Shown here piece by piece: positions 1 through 10,011 of a DNA stretch of 64,000 nucleotides. This DNA comes from Takakia lepidozioides (lineage: Eukaryota; Plantae; Bryophyta): the NCBI GenBank assembly GCA_030704615.1, contig CM060733.1, positions 60,140,001 through 60,204,000 on the forward strand. Reading direction: 5' to 3'. The position numbers and the translations under genes were made by a program. A model generated the notes under the pieces. That model worked only from the letters and a program-made list of their open reading frames with translations, searched no databases and was not told the origin of the DNA. Position 1 is the stretch's first letter. Each line of letters starts with the position of its first letter.

Positions 1-329
1 GGGGCTTGACAGCAGGGAGGTGGTAATTGTTCAGGCGGTTGGCTTTCCATCCTTCCGCACTTCATTTTACTAGCATGTCAGTGCTATGATATTTGTATTT
101 GTGTGCCATGATCCAAATGGATGTGCAATGTGTAGGAACAACAAGATGTAAAACTATTTTACATATATGTGTTATGAAGACCTCAAAATTACGTCTCCAA
201 CGGAATTTGTTATACTCCATTCCAACACCGTATGCCTTTACACTGACTTTCCAAAGGATTTGAGGTGAATATAAGGAACAAGGGACGGTGGCCCTGAGAA
301 TAGTTATTGAAGGGAAAAAAATTAAACCC

Positions 330-670
330 TTACAAGCCCAAAGAGGGTTGCTAGATCGTGAGCAATGCTCATGTGAGCGGTGGCAGACTTAGGGTTTTTT
401 GAAGGTACTGTACCTAGTACCGCGGATGGCACCTATAACCGATGGTCATGGAGCTCCAGGTATCCTGCAAGAACGTTACTTTCTTGTTAGCGATCCCTAC
501 AAATTGAACATATGTACGATATGCCGGCTGCCAGCCAGCATGAATACAACACAGAAAGTCTCGTTTTTCCAAAAATGGCAAGCAAATCGTGCAAATTCAA
601 ATCCCCTATGCCAACAAATTGCTTTACCATGAACTCTTAAGCATTAGCATCAGTGTGTACCTGGATACTG
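330..670 (+). pseudogene. Decayed 3' end of an RNA polymerase second-largest subunit gene (RPB2 family, most like NRPD2/NRPE2)
   Basis: Translation GHGAPGILQERYFLVSDPYKLNICTICRLPA, then after a frameshift QIVQIQIPYANKLLYHELLSISISVYLDT. This matches the RPB2-family C-terminus (HGA..L.ERL...SD....C..C...PY..KLL..EL..M.I). It is frameshifted and the second Zn-binding Cys pair is lost. Confidence 0.75.
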
Positions 671-1231
671 TGATATGTGTACAGGTTGTGTTTTGGAGCA
701 GGACCCTTGATTTCCAGTAAGAAGAAATACTGAACTAGTTGGAGATGATGATGCAGACTCCAGACAATAAAATATAGACAGTTCATGGCAGCTCTCATAT
801 GTCGAAGTCTGCATCACATGATCACTTCCTCAAGACAAGATAGAACTAAAATTGTTGTAAGGGAAAAGGAACATCCCAAGAACTGTAGTAGTATGGGGCT
901 ATGCTTGAAGAAATATACACCAAACGTAGTACTGGAAGCTAATTCTTGAGAGCTAGAGAATCTTATAAACCCTGCTAGTATTGTTAAAAACTTGACTCTC
1001 CGAAGTCCAGATATTATGCTCAACATTGCCCATAAAATGTGGAAAGTGCTTAGTTAGGCCACTTTTATTCCCTTACTTTAACAATCTTGCAGGAGTCTAT
1101 CAATGGAAGACTGGTTTGTCTACAAACTATTCAGGAAGGTGCATGTCAATCAGAGAGCACAACTGCCACCAATGAAATCACACATGTCATTTTAAGTGTC
1201 AGGAGTTCTTTACTTTAAAATAAAATAAACA

Positions 1232-1572
1232 TCCCCCCTGGTTGGTTGGAAAATGGGTGTGTGGCGCTGCACACCCTTTCTGCCCATTGAAAAATATTTT
1301 CTGCCCATTGAAAAAGGGTGTGTTTCTCAATGGGCAGAAAGGGACGCCGCACACCCTTTTCCCAACCAACCAGGGGGAAAAAAAAACCAAACAAAAAAAC
1401 TTTCTTTTTAAAGCCCATTGAAAAAGGGTGTGAAAAAGGTGTTTTTCAACTGGCAAAAAGGGTGTGTGGTGCCGCACACCCTTTTTCCAACCAACGAAGG
1501 GGAAAAAAAAAAAAAAAAAAAAATGTTTTTTCCCCTTGGTTGGTTGGGAAAATGGTGTGCGGCGCCGCACTG
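1232..1572. repeat. Array of palindromic units (CCCTGGTTGGTTGG-AAAA-GGGTGTGCGGCGCCGCACACCC-TTTT-CCAACCAACCAGGG type), probably subterminal repeats of a DNA transposon
   Basis: Four copies of the GGTGTG(C/T)GGCGCCGCACACC core with inverted GGTTGGTTGG/CCAACCAACC arms. The same core recurs at about 3243, 3340 and 3589. Confidence 0.7.
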
Positions 1573-1769
1573 GAACCTTCCATATAGAATGCAGTGGATT
1601 GACAGCAAAATAAGGACAAAAAGGGGGAGGAAGATGTAGGTTTCGACTTGGATTTCGCATCGGGCCTATAGCTTAATGATGGTGATTGGTTATAATTGCG
1701 AATGGAAAGAGATATAGACTTGGCAGCAGATCTTTAAAATATTCGATTATAATTTACCTGCTGACACCA

Positions 1770-1975
1770 GATAACCTTTGTCCATATTATCAAACTCTCC
1801 CTTCGAATTTGCATCATCGATGCTTCCATACATGTCCATGAAGGTAGTGTTCCGAATTCCTTCAAGTAGATGCAGTTCTGGCCTGTGATATGATCACCAT
1901 GCTATCCTGCAATCATCGCATTTGAAGACACTAGACGTCGTTCAGCCATACTGTCGCACACTCCCTCTCTGCAAA
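1770..1975 (-). pseudogene. PLS-type PPR gene fragment
   Basis: Nucleotide similarity to 20850-20945 (tcctgcaatcatcgca...cgttcagccatactgtcg.acactccct; catacatgtccatga.ggta.tgttc.gaat). The minus strand reads DSMAERRLVSSNAMIAG and NTTFMDMYGSIDDA. Confidence 0.7.
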
Positions 1976-2121
1976 CTCCACCTATCATCTGCAGACTCTC
2001 ACTTTACAAACTCAATGAAGAATGCGACTTAGTGCTCTATGATAACTACAAAATGCTTGAGCTATATCAAACTAATAGGAAACTAACACATTCATGTATA
2101 TGCCTTCAAGATGACACATGT

Positions 2122-3068
2122 CACTACAACAGATCGCGGTATTTATGACTGTATATATGACTATTCTGCAGTCATAAACGGTACATATGACTTCTATGAC
2201 TGTAAGTCGTGCAAACCAAGTCAATATAATGAGTACAGGATGGTACGGTCCGGATGACTACAGTCATATGAACCAAGTGATATCTCTCACTGTAGTCATA
2301 TATACCATACTGCAGCCGCCGCTACCGCGCTACGTGGCAAGGCGCAATTGATTTAAAAAATTAAATTAAATTAATAAAATTGAAAAAATAAAAACATATG
2401 TCAAACTTCACGTCGCACCGCATTGTGCCACGTGGCATAATGCATTTTATAATAATGAAAAAACCACGTGGCAGTCCATCTAGGGTACCACGTGCTATCC
2501 CTAGCTCGCCTATTAACCCTAGGGCCATCTTATCCATTTGATTGTACTTAGAGGAATTTGAATATGCAACCTCTTTACTATAAGAATTATAGTTCACTAC
2601 CTGCTAACCAATACACCCATTAGTCATTGATGAGATCATATGATGTTTTAATTGTATTATACATACCAAATTACAAAATCCCCAGTAGTCATCATGACTA
2701 TGTAACCTCATCCATGTACACTGTAGTCATGGAAATGACTATGCTATAAGCTATAAGCTATAAACAATTTTTTTTTAAATTAAACCTTTTGGTTACCAAG
2801 CTTGCACTAGAAGTCATTCCGGCGACTATTTGGTGGCAAGCTCGCGCTGGTCAACCATCGTTGACCACCCTTCCCTCTAGTGCGGAGCCATACAGTCATG
2901 ACGACGTCTACCAAAGTAGTCGCCCAGAGGACTACGTAGTCACGTAGTCATTTCAACGACTACGTGAAGTCTCATTTGGTCCAAAAATACAGGGAAGTCA
3001 TGGTCAAAGTCAGGAAAACCATAACTACCGCGCCTCGGCAGTCAGATATACCGCGATATGTTGTAGTG
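2122..3068. mobile_element. Complete non-autonomous CACTA (En/Spm) element, 947 bp
   Basis: Starts CACTACAACAGATCGCGGTAT and ends ATACCGCGATATGTTGTAGTG (TIR of about 28 bp, 3 mismatches). 3-bp TSD TGT at 2119-2121 and 3069-3071. Many GTCAT/ATGAC subterminal repeats and no coding capacity. Confidence 0.95.
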
Positions 3069-3639
3069 TGTAGTAATAGAGTCATAAAAATACCTCCACA
3101 ACATGACATGACATGTCAACTTATGACTATCTGACTGTAGATTGTTTCATAACTCTATATATGTTACACGTCCTCATCAAGCTCATGAAGAAGGTTCCAT
3201 GGAGTGTTGAAGGGGTAGAGAAGAATGCACAAACGGTCTGCAGTGCCGCACACCGTTTAAGCTCCCTCTGAGTGTGTGCTTGGACTGAAAGGGTAAGAAT
3301 GGAGGCTGTTGTTTGGGGTTCACAACAATATAGGAAAGTGGTGTGCGGCATCACACACCATCTCTGTAGTCCGGATACTGACCCGTCCGTCGAAACATTG
3401 CAGGGGAAGATGCAGAGAATGGTTGTCGAGAACCCACATGTAGAGACAGATGAGGTCCAAACGGAGGACATGGAGGAAGATGTGGAGGATGCATAATACG
3501 AAAGCAAGGCCGCGCAGGTGATTGGGGCTGTTGTTTGGGGTTCACAACAATGTAGGAAAGTGGTGTGGCCCTGATTGGTTGGAAAAACGGTGTGCGGCGC
3601 CGCATACCATCCTGCCTGACCCCATTTCCAGATGCTTCG

Positions 3640-3900
3640 AAGCACACCATTTCTGCTATGTATTCAATCCATTTCAAGTACCCTCCATGTTTTCTATTGT
3701 TGTATGAAGAAATCTCTAAAAGAGCCTTTTGGGTGGGGCAGAAACGGCGTGGTTCAAAGCACACCAGTTTTGCTATGTATGTAATCACTTTCAATTACCT
3801 TCCATGCTTTCTGTTGCTGTCTGAAGAGACCTCAAAAAGAGTATTTTGGATGGGGCAGAAACGGTGTGCTTTGAAGCACACCTTTTCTGCTATATTTTGA
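3640..3900 (+). repeat. 117-bp tandem repeat (about 2.2 copies)
   Basis: The anchor AGCACACC recurs at 3641, 3758 and 3875 with similar intervening sequence. Confidence 0.85.
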
Positions 3901-3905
3901 ATGTC

Positions 3906-4550
3906 TGTCACGGACATAGCCCAGATGCATTTACCAGGAGTAAATACCAAAAATTGCCAAGTTACAATGTTACCAAAAGTCACCATAATTTATCATAATT
4001 TATCATATTCTACCATGATTTACCATTAGTTACCATTAGTTACCAAGTTGCCGGGAGTTTATCAAATTACTGAGAGTAACTTGGGAAACTGCTCAGGAAA
4101 CTTCATTTGGAGGAAACTTCTTCATCAAGATACCTCCTTTGTTTAATGAAACTTCTCCATCAAGAAACCTCCAATGACAAAGCTTCCTAGGGAACTTCCT
4201 AATAGCTAGTATATATAGGATGCGAGACTGGACACTCTTCAGTCTTGCCAACACAAATTCAAGCTACTCTTGTTTCCAGTCCCAGTACTCCAGTTCAGCT
4301 TCCAGTACTCTAGCCCAGTTTCCAGTAACTGACACTCTAGTCCAGTTTCCAGTTTCTGACACTCTAGTCCAGTTTCCAGCATTCCAGTATTCAAGTCGAG
4401 TTCCAGTATCTTGTACTCTTGCCCATTGTTATAACGATTATCTTTATTCTTGTTTACCCATCATGCATTCGACCACGCCGACCTTGACTTCTTGTCTAGT
4501 CTTGTACATCTAGTCTGATCTCTTGTTTGTGTTCATTCTCGTCCTTGACA
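3906..4550 (+). repeat. 5' LTR of the chromovirus
   Basis: TGTCA...TGACA termini, TATA-like TATATATA at about 4211, and strong similarity to 25497-26132. Confidence 0.9.
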
Positions 4551-4552
4551 GT

Positions 4553-4567
4553 TTGGCGAGACTAAAG
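4553..4567 (+). promoter_or_regulatory. Primer-binding site, self-priming type (complementary to the LTR R start rather than to a tRNA)
   Basis: TTGGCGAGACTAA is the exact reverse complement of TTAGTCTCGCCAA at 25842-25854. The 5' LTR copy TCAGTCTTGCCAA at 4239-4251 lies about 25 nt after the TATA-like box. Confidence 0.75.
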
Positions 4568-4588
4568 TTTGTCCCATAGTTAGTTAAA

Positions 4589-5538
4589 ATGGAAGGCACA
4601 TTTGCGGAAATGGTCGTCACTTTGTAGAGTCTTCAGCTCCAGATGCAAGAACTTCGTACATCTACCGCCCAATTACAAGCTGATCAGTCTCAAGATCTTG
4701 ACAATGCTCTCCACAATTTGCAACAACAAATTTCAGAGTTAAAGGAGTCGAACAATGGATCTTCAACCATACGAGTCCATACTGCAACAGCCCCTACTAC
4801 AACGGTTCATCTTCAACAGATTACGAGAGAACCAAAGATCAGCATGCCCGAGAAATTTGGTGGGACGAGATCAAGATTTCGCGGTTTTGTTTAACAAGTA
4901 CGATTGTTCCTACGACTACATCCACAACGCTACCCCGATGAAGGTATTCAAGTGGGATTCGTGGGCACCCTCCTATCAAGCACTGCCTTATCTTGGTTTG
5001 CACCGCTATTTGAAAAAAATTCACATTTATTATACAATTTTGAAGCGTTCATGTCCGAGTTCACTGCAACGTTCGGAAAGAATGATTGCGACCTTGATTG
5101 GAATGAGAAGAGCCTCATTAGTCAGTTTCAATGTGGCTAAAAGATGATGTAAAAGATTTGTTGTTGATAATGCTAAATGTGAGTACACTGAGCGAATTCA
5201 TCACCCAAGTCATTGCATGCGATAATCGTTTGTTTGAAAGACGTGAAGAGAAGCGATCTGGATGGTCGATGACGTATCATGTCGCTGCTACTACGGCACC
5301 AAACATAACGATCCATCAGACATCCGGTAGTGATCATATGTAGATTAATGTTATCCGATTTAAGCCATTCATACCACAAGAAAATCAAAGACGGCGCTCG
5401 AATGGATTATGCCTCTATTGCGGAGAAGAAGATCACATAGCATTAAACTGCCCCAACAAGAAAAGATTCAAAGCTCAGGGCGTAACTCAAGTGCTCGATA
5501 CGAGGAGGTCAGAAAACGAAGATGTTCAATCACATTAG
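4589..5538 (+). pseudogene. gag: gag of the chromovirus (stops, internal deletion)
   Basis: REPKISMPEKFGGTRSRFRGFV, GTLLSSTALSWF, LDWNEKSLISQF, and the zinc knuckle CLYCGEEDHIALNC at about 5410-5451. Confidence 0.9.
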
Positions 5539-6061
5539 GGACCATGCGGCTGGACACCACAAATTCCTCACCCAAAAAATGTCTTTTTCTACCTCCAGAC
5601 TCTGCACTTTGCTTCACAGTTCCAGTAAAAATCAGAGTGCAAAATCGAGATATCTCTGTAGAAGCACTTTTGGACTCAGGGGCTTCAGCATGTTTTATTG
5701 ACAAAAACTTTGTTAAGCAACACAATTTAATGCTCGTAAAGAAGAAACTCTCATCTCTCGTTGAAGTCACCGATGGACGACCGTTAGCATCAGAAAATGT
5801 TGACCATGAAACTCGACCACTTGAAGTGAAGCTTAAAGATCAAGCATCGCATATTGTTTTCAACGTCATCCAGTCTCCAACGAATCATGTGATCCTTGGA
5901 CTTCCCTGGTTCGTACTTCACAATCCTGACATCGACTGGCGATCGCGAAAAATTTCTACAAGACAGAAATGTAGAAATATCAAAGGTATTCAACCCCTGT
6001 TCCTTGCAGCTAGAGCTTTCATGAGAGCTACCAAAAATGATGTGGCATTTGTACTTTATGC
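5511..6061 (+). pseudogene. pol: Retropepsin protease of the chromovirus, in the -1 frame relative to gag; cut by a CACTA insertion at 6062
   Basis: ALLDSGASACFID and VILGLPWFVLHNPDIDW in ORF 5409..6146. Confidence 0.9.
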
Positions 6062-7176
6062 TACTACAACAGATGAACGTTTTTATGACTTCATATATAA
6101 CTATTTTTTCAGTCTTGTATGCGTTCATGACTACATCACTCTGTAGTGAAAAAAACGGCGTGATAGCGACTAGTCTTTAGGACTGCGTTTTACAAGTCAT
6201 AGTCGTGACTGCGTGCGTGGCACCTGGAGTCATGCAGAAGAGACTGATGTAGTCACAGCTATATGACTTACTTATGACTGACTATATGACTACACTGTCT
6301 ACTGAGCGTTGCCTACATGAAGAGGCTTTAGAGGAACACGTGCACCACTGCGTAAGCGACACGTCACGCATCCGTGAGGGGGTCATATGACTATATGTCT
6401 GCAGTGTGACGCCTACATGGAGAGGCGCCGGATAGACATGTGCGCCGCTACGGATTTGACACGTCACAACTTCTTGGCGTGATTATATGACTACATGTCT
6501 GCACAGTGATGCCTACATGGAGAGTTGTTAATAGGACACCTGTTGCACTTCAGATGCGACATGTGGCACTTAGACAGAATATATGACGAGCATATATGAC
6601 TATTTATCTTTACACGTGGTGAAATATGGATAAAAGAATGTTGTGTCATATAATGCCACGTGTTCTGGTTCGAGCAGGGTTTATGTCACCTGTCATCAAG
6701 AATGTTATTTGAAAATAATTTAATAGTTTATATTCATAATTTTAAATTCTTAAAATTATATTTTATTTTAAAAAATAGGGGGATAGCATCTTGGTAAATT
6801 TTATTAAATGGTATTGTTGTTTGATTTATTAATTTTATATAAAATAAAAATAGATTAATTTATTTAAATTCTTCATGACATGGTGAAATTCCAATAAACA
6901 GAATGGACCCCTCCTGCATACTAGCAACCACAAGGACAATCAAAATAGACAAGTGCAGGGGAATACACGCCCTGTAAATTAAAATCTAGATGAGACCAAT
7001 GTCCCCATGGACATCTCAAAAGCCAGAAGGTCCAAAAATCCATGCCTGAAAAGGCCAAAAGGCCCAGTAAGCAAAAAATAAGCAAGCCCACACATGTGAA
7101 TTATTGTAGTACTAGTTTGTTCTGGGGCTTCTAGAATCAAGGACCCTGTTAAACAGTGCAATACTTCTTATCCCTT

Positions 7177-7467
7177 CTAAGGCTCCATAACTTTCAGCAA
7201 CTTTAGACTCCAAAGCGTTGTCCGGCCAACCACCTGCCCCAATTCAGTATGTTTCGTCACACCATTCACATATGGTAGAGGAGTGTTACTCACACTTGCC
7301 TCTTTGATGTACACACAGGCATAGTCAAGGGGCACAGCAGGGTACCCGTAACCCACCACAACACCTTGAAGAGCAACAATCAGCCCTACTCCAACTTTCT
7401 TGTGTTTGGAGTTCACATCCAGCAGCCGAACCGCGTCACCCACTCTGAACTGTGATCCCAACTCCAC
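7177..7467 (-). CDS. CACTA TnpA-like C-terminal exon (Tnp1/En/Spm-type domain)
   Basis: FRVGDAVRLLD...VGVGLIV...VPLDYACVYIKE....PLPY...LGQVVGRTTLW matches the TnpA C-terminal domain pattern. Confidence 0.65.
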   Translation of the reverse strand: MELGSQFRVGDAVRLLDVNSKHKKVGVGLIVALQGVVVGYGYPAVPLDYACVYIKEASVSNTPLPYVNGVTKHTELGQVVGRTTLWSLKLLKVMEP

Positions 7468-7959
7468 ACAAAAACAACAAGTTGTGAAAACCCATGGCCT
7501 GCACCACTACGACACTCAACATTTAGGAATTAAAGAGAGCCCCGAGGTTGGAAAAAAATGAAACAGACAAGAGGAGGGCCTGGACTTACTCCATTTGCAG
7601 TCTCGAGTGGTTGTGAGACCTCCTTTGGGGGCCTACTTGGCAGGTCGATAGTCTTGCCCCTAGCCTTTATTGGGTTGTCGACAATGCCACATTTCTTTGT
7701 CACAAGTTCGAGTGTCATAGACCAGAAAACAACAGTGTATTAGTGAAGCCTCAAGGAAGAGTGAACAAAAAACAAAACCCAAGCGTGAATCAAACGAGAA
7801 AACCTAGCATGAAGACCTACAAAGACAACCTAGCATTAATGAAGCAACTGAGGAGAAGCATCCAGAAAAGCAATGCAATGAAGGAACCCACAAATGTTCA
7901 AGCCTCACAAGTTTAGCGTCAGAATGTTTAGGGAATGTTTGTACCTTCTCAGTAGGACA

Positions 7960-8760
7960 TGAAGCAGAGTTGTATGGTTGTTGTCTCAAAATAGGCTGAG
8001 ACTCCAAAAAAGCTGGAATACTGGCAACTTTTGATGCCTTCCACAAGAAAGACCACAACATATTTGTTAGATAATCATCACATGGCAAATCTGGTTGCAC
8101 TTTCCATGGCGCTGGGAAGATCCCACTGAATGGAGGATTGTTTGCCGCCTTTTGTGGTGTATCGTCAACAAGAACAGTGTCCTCATGACTCCATTTTGGC
8201 CACTCTGCCCACACTCTAGACAAGTTCTTGTAGAACAACGGTTTTGAATCATACCCCTTACGAGATGGGAGGACTGGATCCTCGTCACAGTGAAGGGCAT
8301 CCCACTGGAAAACAAGGTTAGTGTGGGCTGCAAAAATATAGTCCACTATTGGGAAGAAGTTGCGAGCTTGGCAACAAGACCACACCGCCACCTCAAAGTG
8401 TTCAAAGCACTTTTGCAAAAACTCAGAACGTCGTTGTCTCAAAACTACCATCTTCTTGCCACACATCTTTCCCACAAAACCTTTGGGAAGGGATGCAATG
8501 ACTGTAGCAGAATAAAATGATTCACATAGCAAACCGCTTAAGTCCAGAATTAGCAAATGCTTCCTCGCTGGTCCAGGAAGCAAACTGTCATCTGGCTTCA
8601 CCATGTGAGCGGGAGAAAGTATAGCAACATCCTTGTCTGTTTTGTCACGGTCTGCATCTGCATCTTCCTCCCCATGTAAACTCCCATAGACCAACATACC
8701 AGAATCTGGTGTGCCAGAATCTTCTGTCACCATTGCCCCCTGGACTGCCAGAATCTTCAT
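7960..8760 (-). CDS. FCP1/SCP (NIF, HAD-superfamily) phosphatase-like domain inside the CACTA element
   Basis: KHLLILDLSGLL, VVLRQRRSEFLQKCFEHFEVAVWS, LVFQWD...C, LFYKNLSRVW, DTVLVDDTPQKAANNPPFSGIFP. The reading frame is open across the whole domain. Confidence 0.85.
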
Positions 8761-9631
8761 TTGTCACCATTGCCCCCTGGACTGCTACTTCATTTGTATG
8801 TCGCTTGGGCTGACCTCCCACATCTACCTCACAGCTAGCCTTCCCTGCATCTTGCTACTGCTCGGACAAATTCAAACCATCAGCAGTGAGGGCAATACAT
8901 GAGGGCTTAGAGTGAGCCCCAGTTACCGTCTGAAATTGCTCTTCCAAACATTTTGATACTGTCACACCAGAAGCAGCCGACGTAGATGTCATTGGGCCTG
9001 GGCCAGGTAGAGTAATCCCTAATCGTGCTACAATGGCTTTATGGTAATCAATCATGCTCTGCATCTGCAATTTTAAATCTGACATGTCGCATCTTTGTGA
9101 TTCCACCAGTTTGTCCAAGCCCTCCATCATGCCAACTACAAAGCATATGCCCGACTCTCTTCCTGCCAATCCATGAAAACAAAGTTGAATCAAACCAAAA
9201 ACACCTAGCATGAACAACTGGAAAGAATATACTCATAAGACGTTGTTTGCTGTAGCCTTGTGGCCATTGACCTTGCGCCCAGTTTGAGCGAAACAATGAT
9301 GTCCTCTCTCATGTCACAGACTGGAAACAAGTGAAGGGAAGTTTTCTACCTAAAAACTGGAAAGAAAACCTAACAAGAATCAAGATGAAGCAACCAGGAA
9401 AGTAAACGTGGAAAATTGAATTACCCGCATTTCGCTCCCACCTGACATCCGCGACACTGAACCCTCTTGAATTTCATGTAATGTAGGAAGGCACCCTGAT
9501 AGTGCTTCCTGCAATTTATTTAACCCATGCCACAAACAAACACTCCCACAAGTCGATAACCAATATGAGGGCACACTATATACACATAGTGTTTCAATGA
9601 GGAACGAAATACAGAGTAGTGATGATGCCAC

Positions 9632-9976
9632 TTACCAAGCGTGCCTCCACCATTGCCTTCCCACCACGGCCAGTTTTGGTAGGATTTTGGATTGCACCAT
9701 TTGCTTTCTCATATGGCCCGACACTTTCTGGAACACCTCTATCTGCCAATAACTTACAAGCTTGTTCCATGTGTCGTCAGATACAGTAATGGGTTTCCCC
9801 TTGCCACTCAACCACGCAGTATGTGAATCAAAGCGCTGGCTCTTCATTATGCGACCAATTGTTTCTTTTAGGTGGCGGTCAGTCAATTGCTTTGGCGTAT
9901 ATGAAAATAGCTTAGCCAGGTGATCTCCGATTTTGTGTACAAGTTCATCAGGTTGGTTGTTGATGGGAAGGAACAA
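9632..9976 (-). CDS. CACTA TnpA-like exon (Ptta/En/Spm Transposase_24-like)
   Basis: GKPITVSDDTWNKLVSYW...KVSGHMRK pattern, followed by a GTAAGT splice donor at about 9635. Confidence 0.6.
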   Translation of the reverse strand: MFLPINNQPDELVHKIGDHLAKLFSYTPKQLTDRHLKETIGRIMKSQRFDSHTAWLSGKGKPITVSDDTWNKLVSYWQIEVFQKVSGHMRKQMVQSKILPKLAVVGRQWWRHAW

Positions 9977-10011
9977 TCTAGCTTACGAAGAGCCTGTCCT
10001 TTAAGGGCAGC

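Larger units (their letters stand above)
6062..9978 (-). mobile_element. Truncated CACTA element (one end plus TnpA-like exons)
   Basis: Terminus TACTACAACAGAT (CACTA with C>T, otherwise the same 13 nt as the 2122 element) interrupts the protease ORF. GTCAT-rich subterminal repeats run from 6062 to about 6650. Minus-strand En/Spm TnpA-like exons follow. No second TIR was found. Confidence 0.8.

Noticed and set aside
1199-1660. Several overlapping ORFs on both strands
   Set aside because: By-products of palindromic and poly-A/T repeats, with no protein-like composition.
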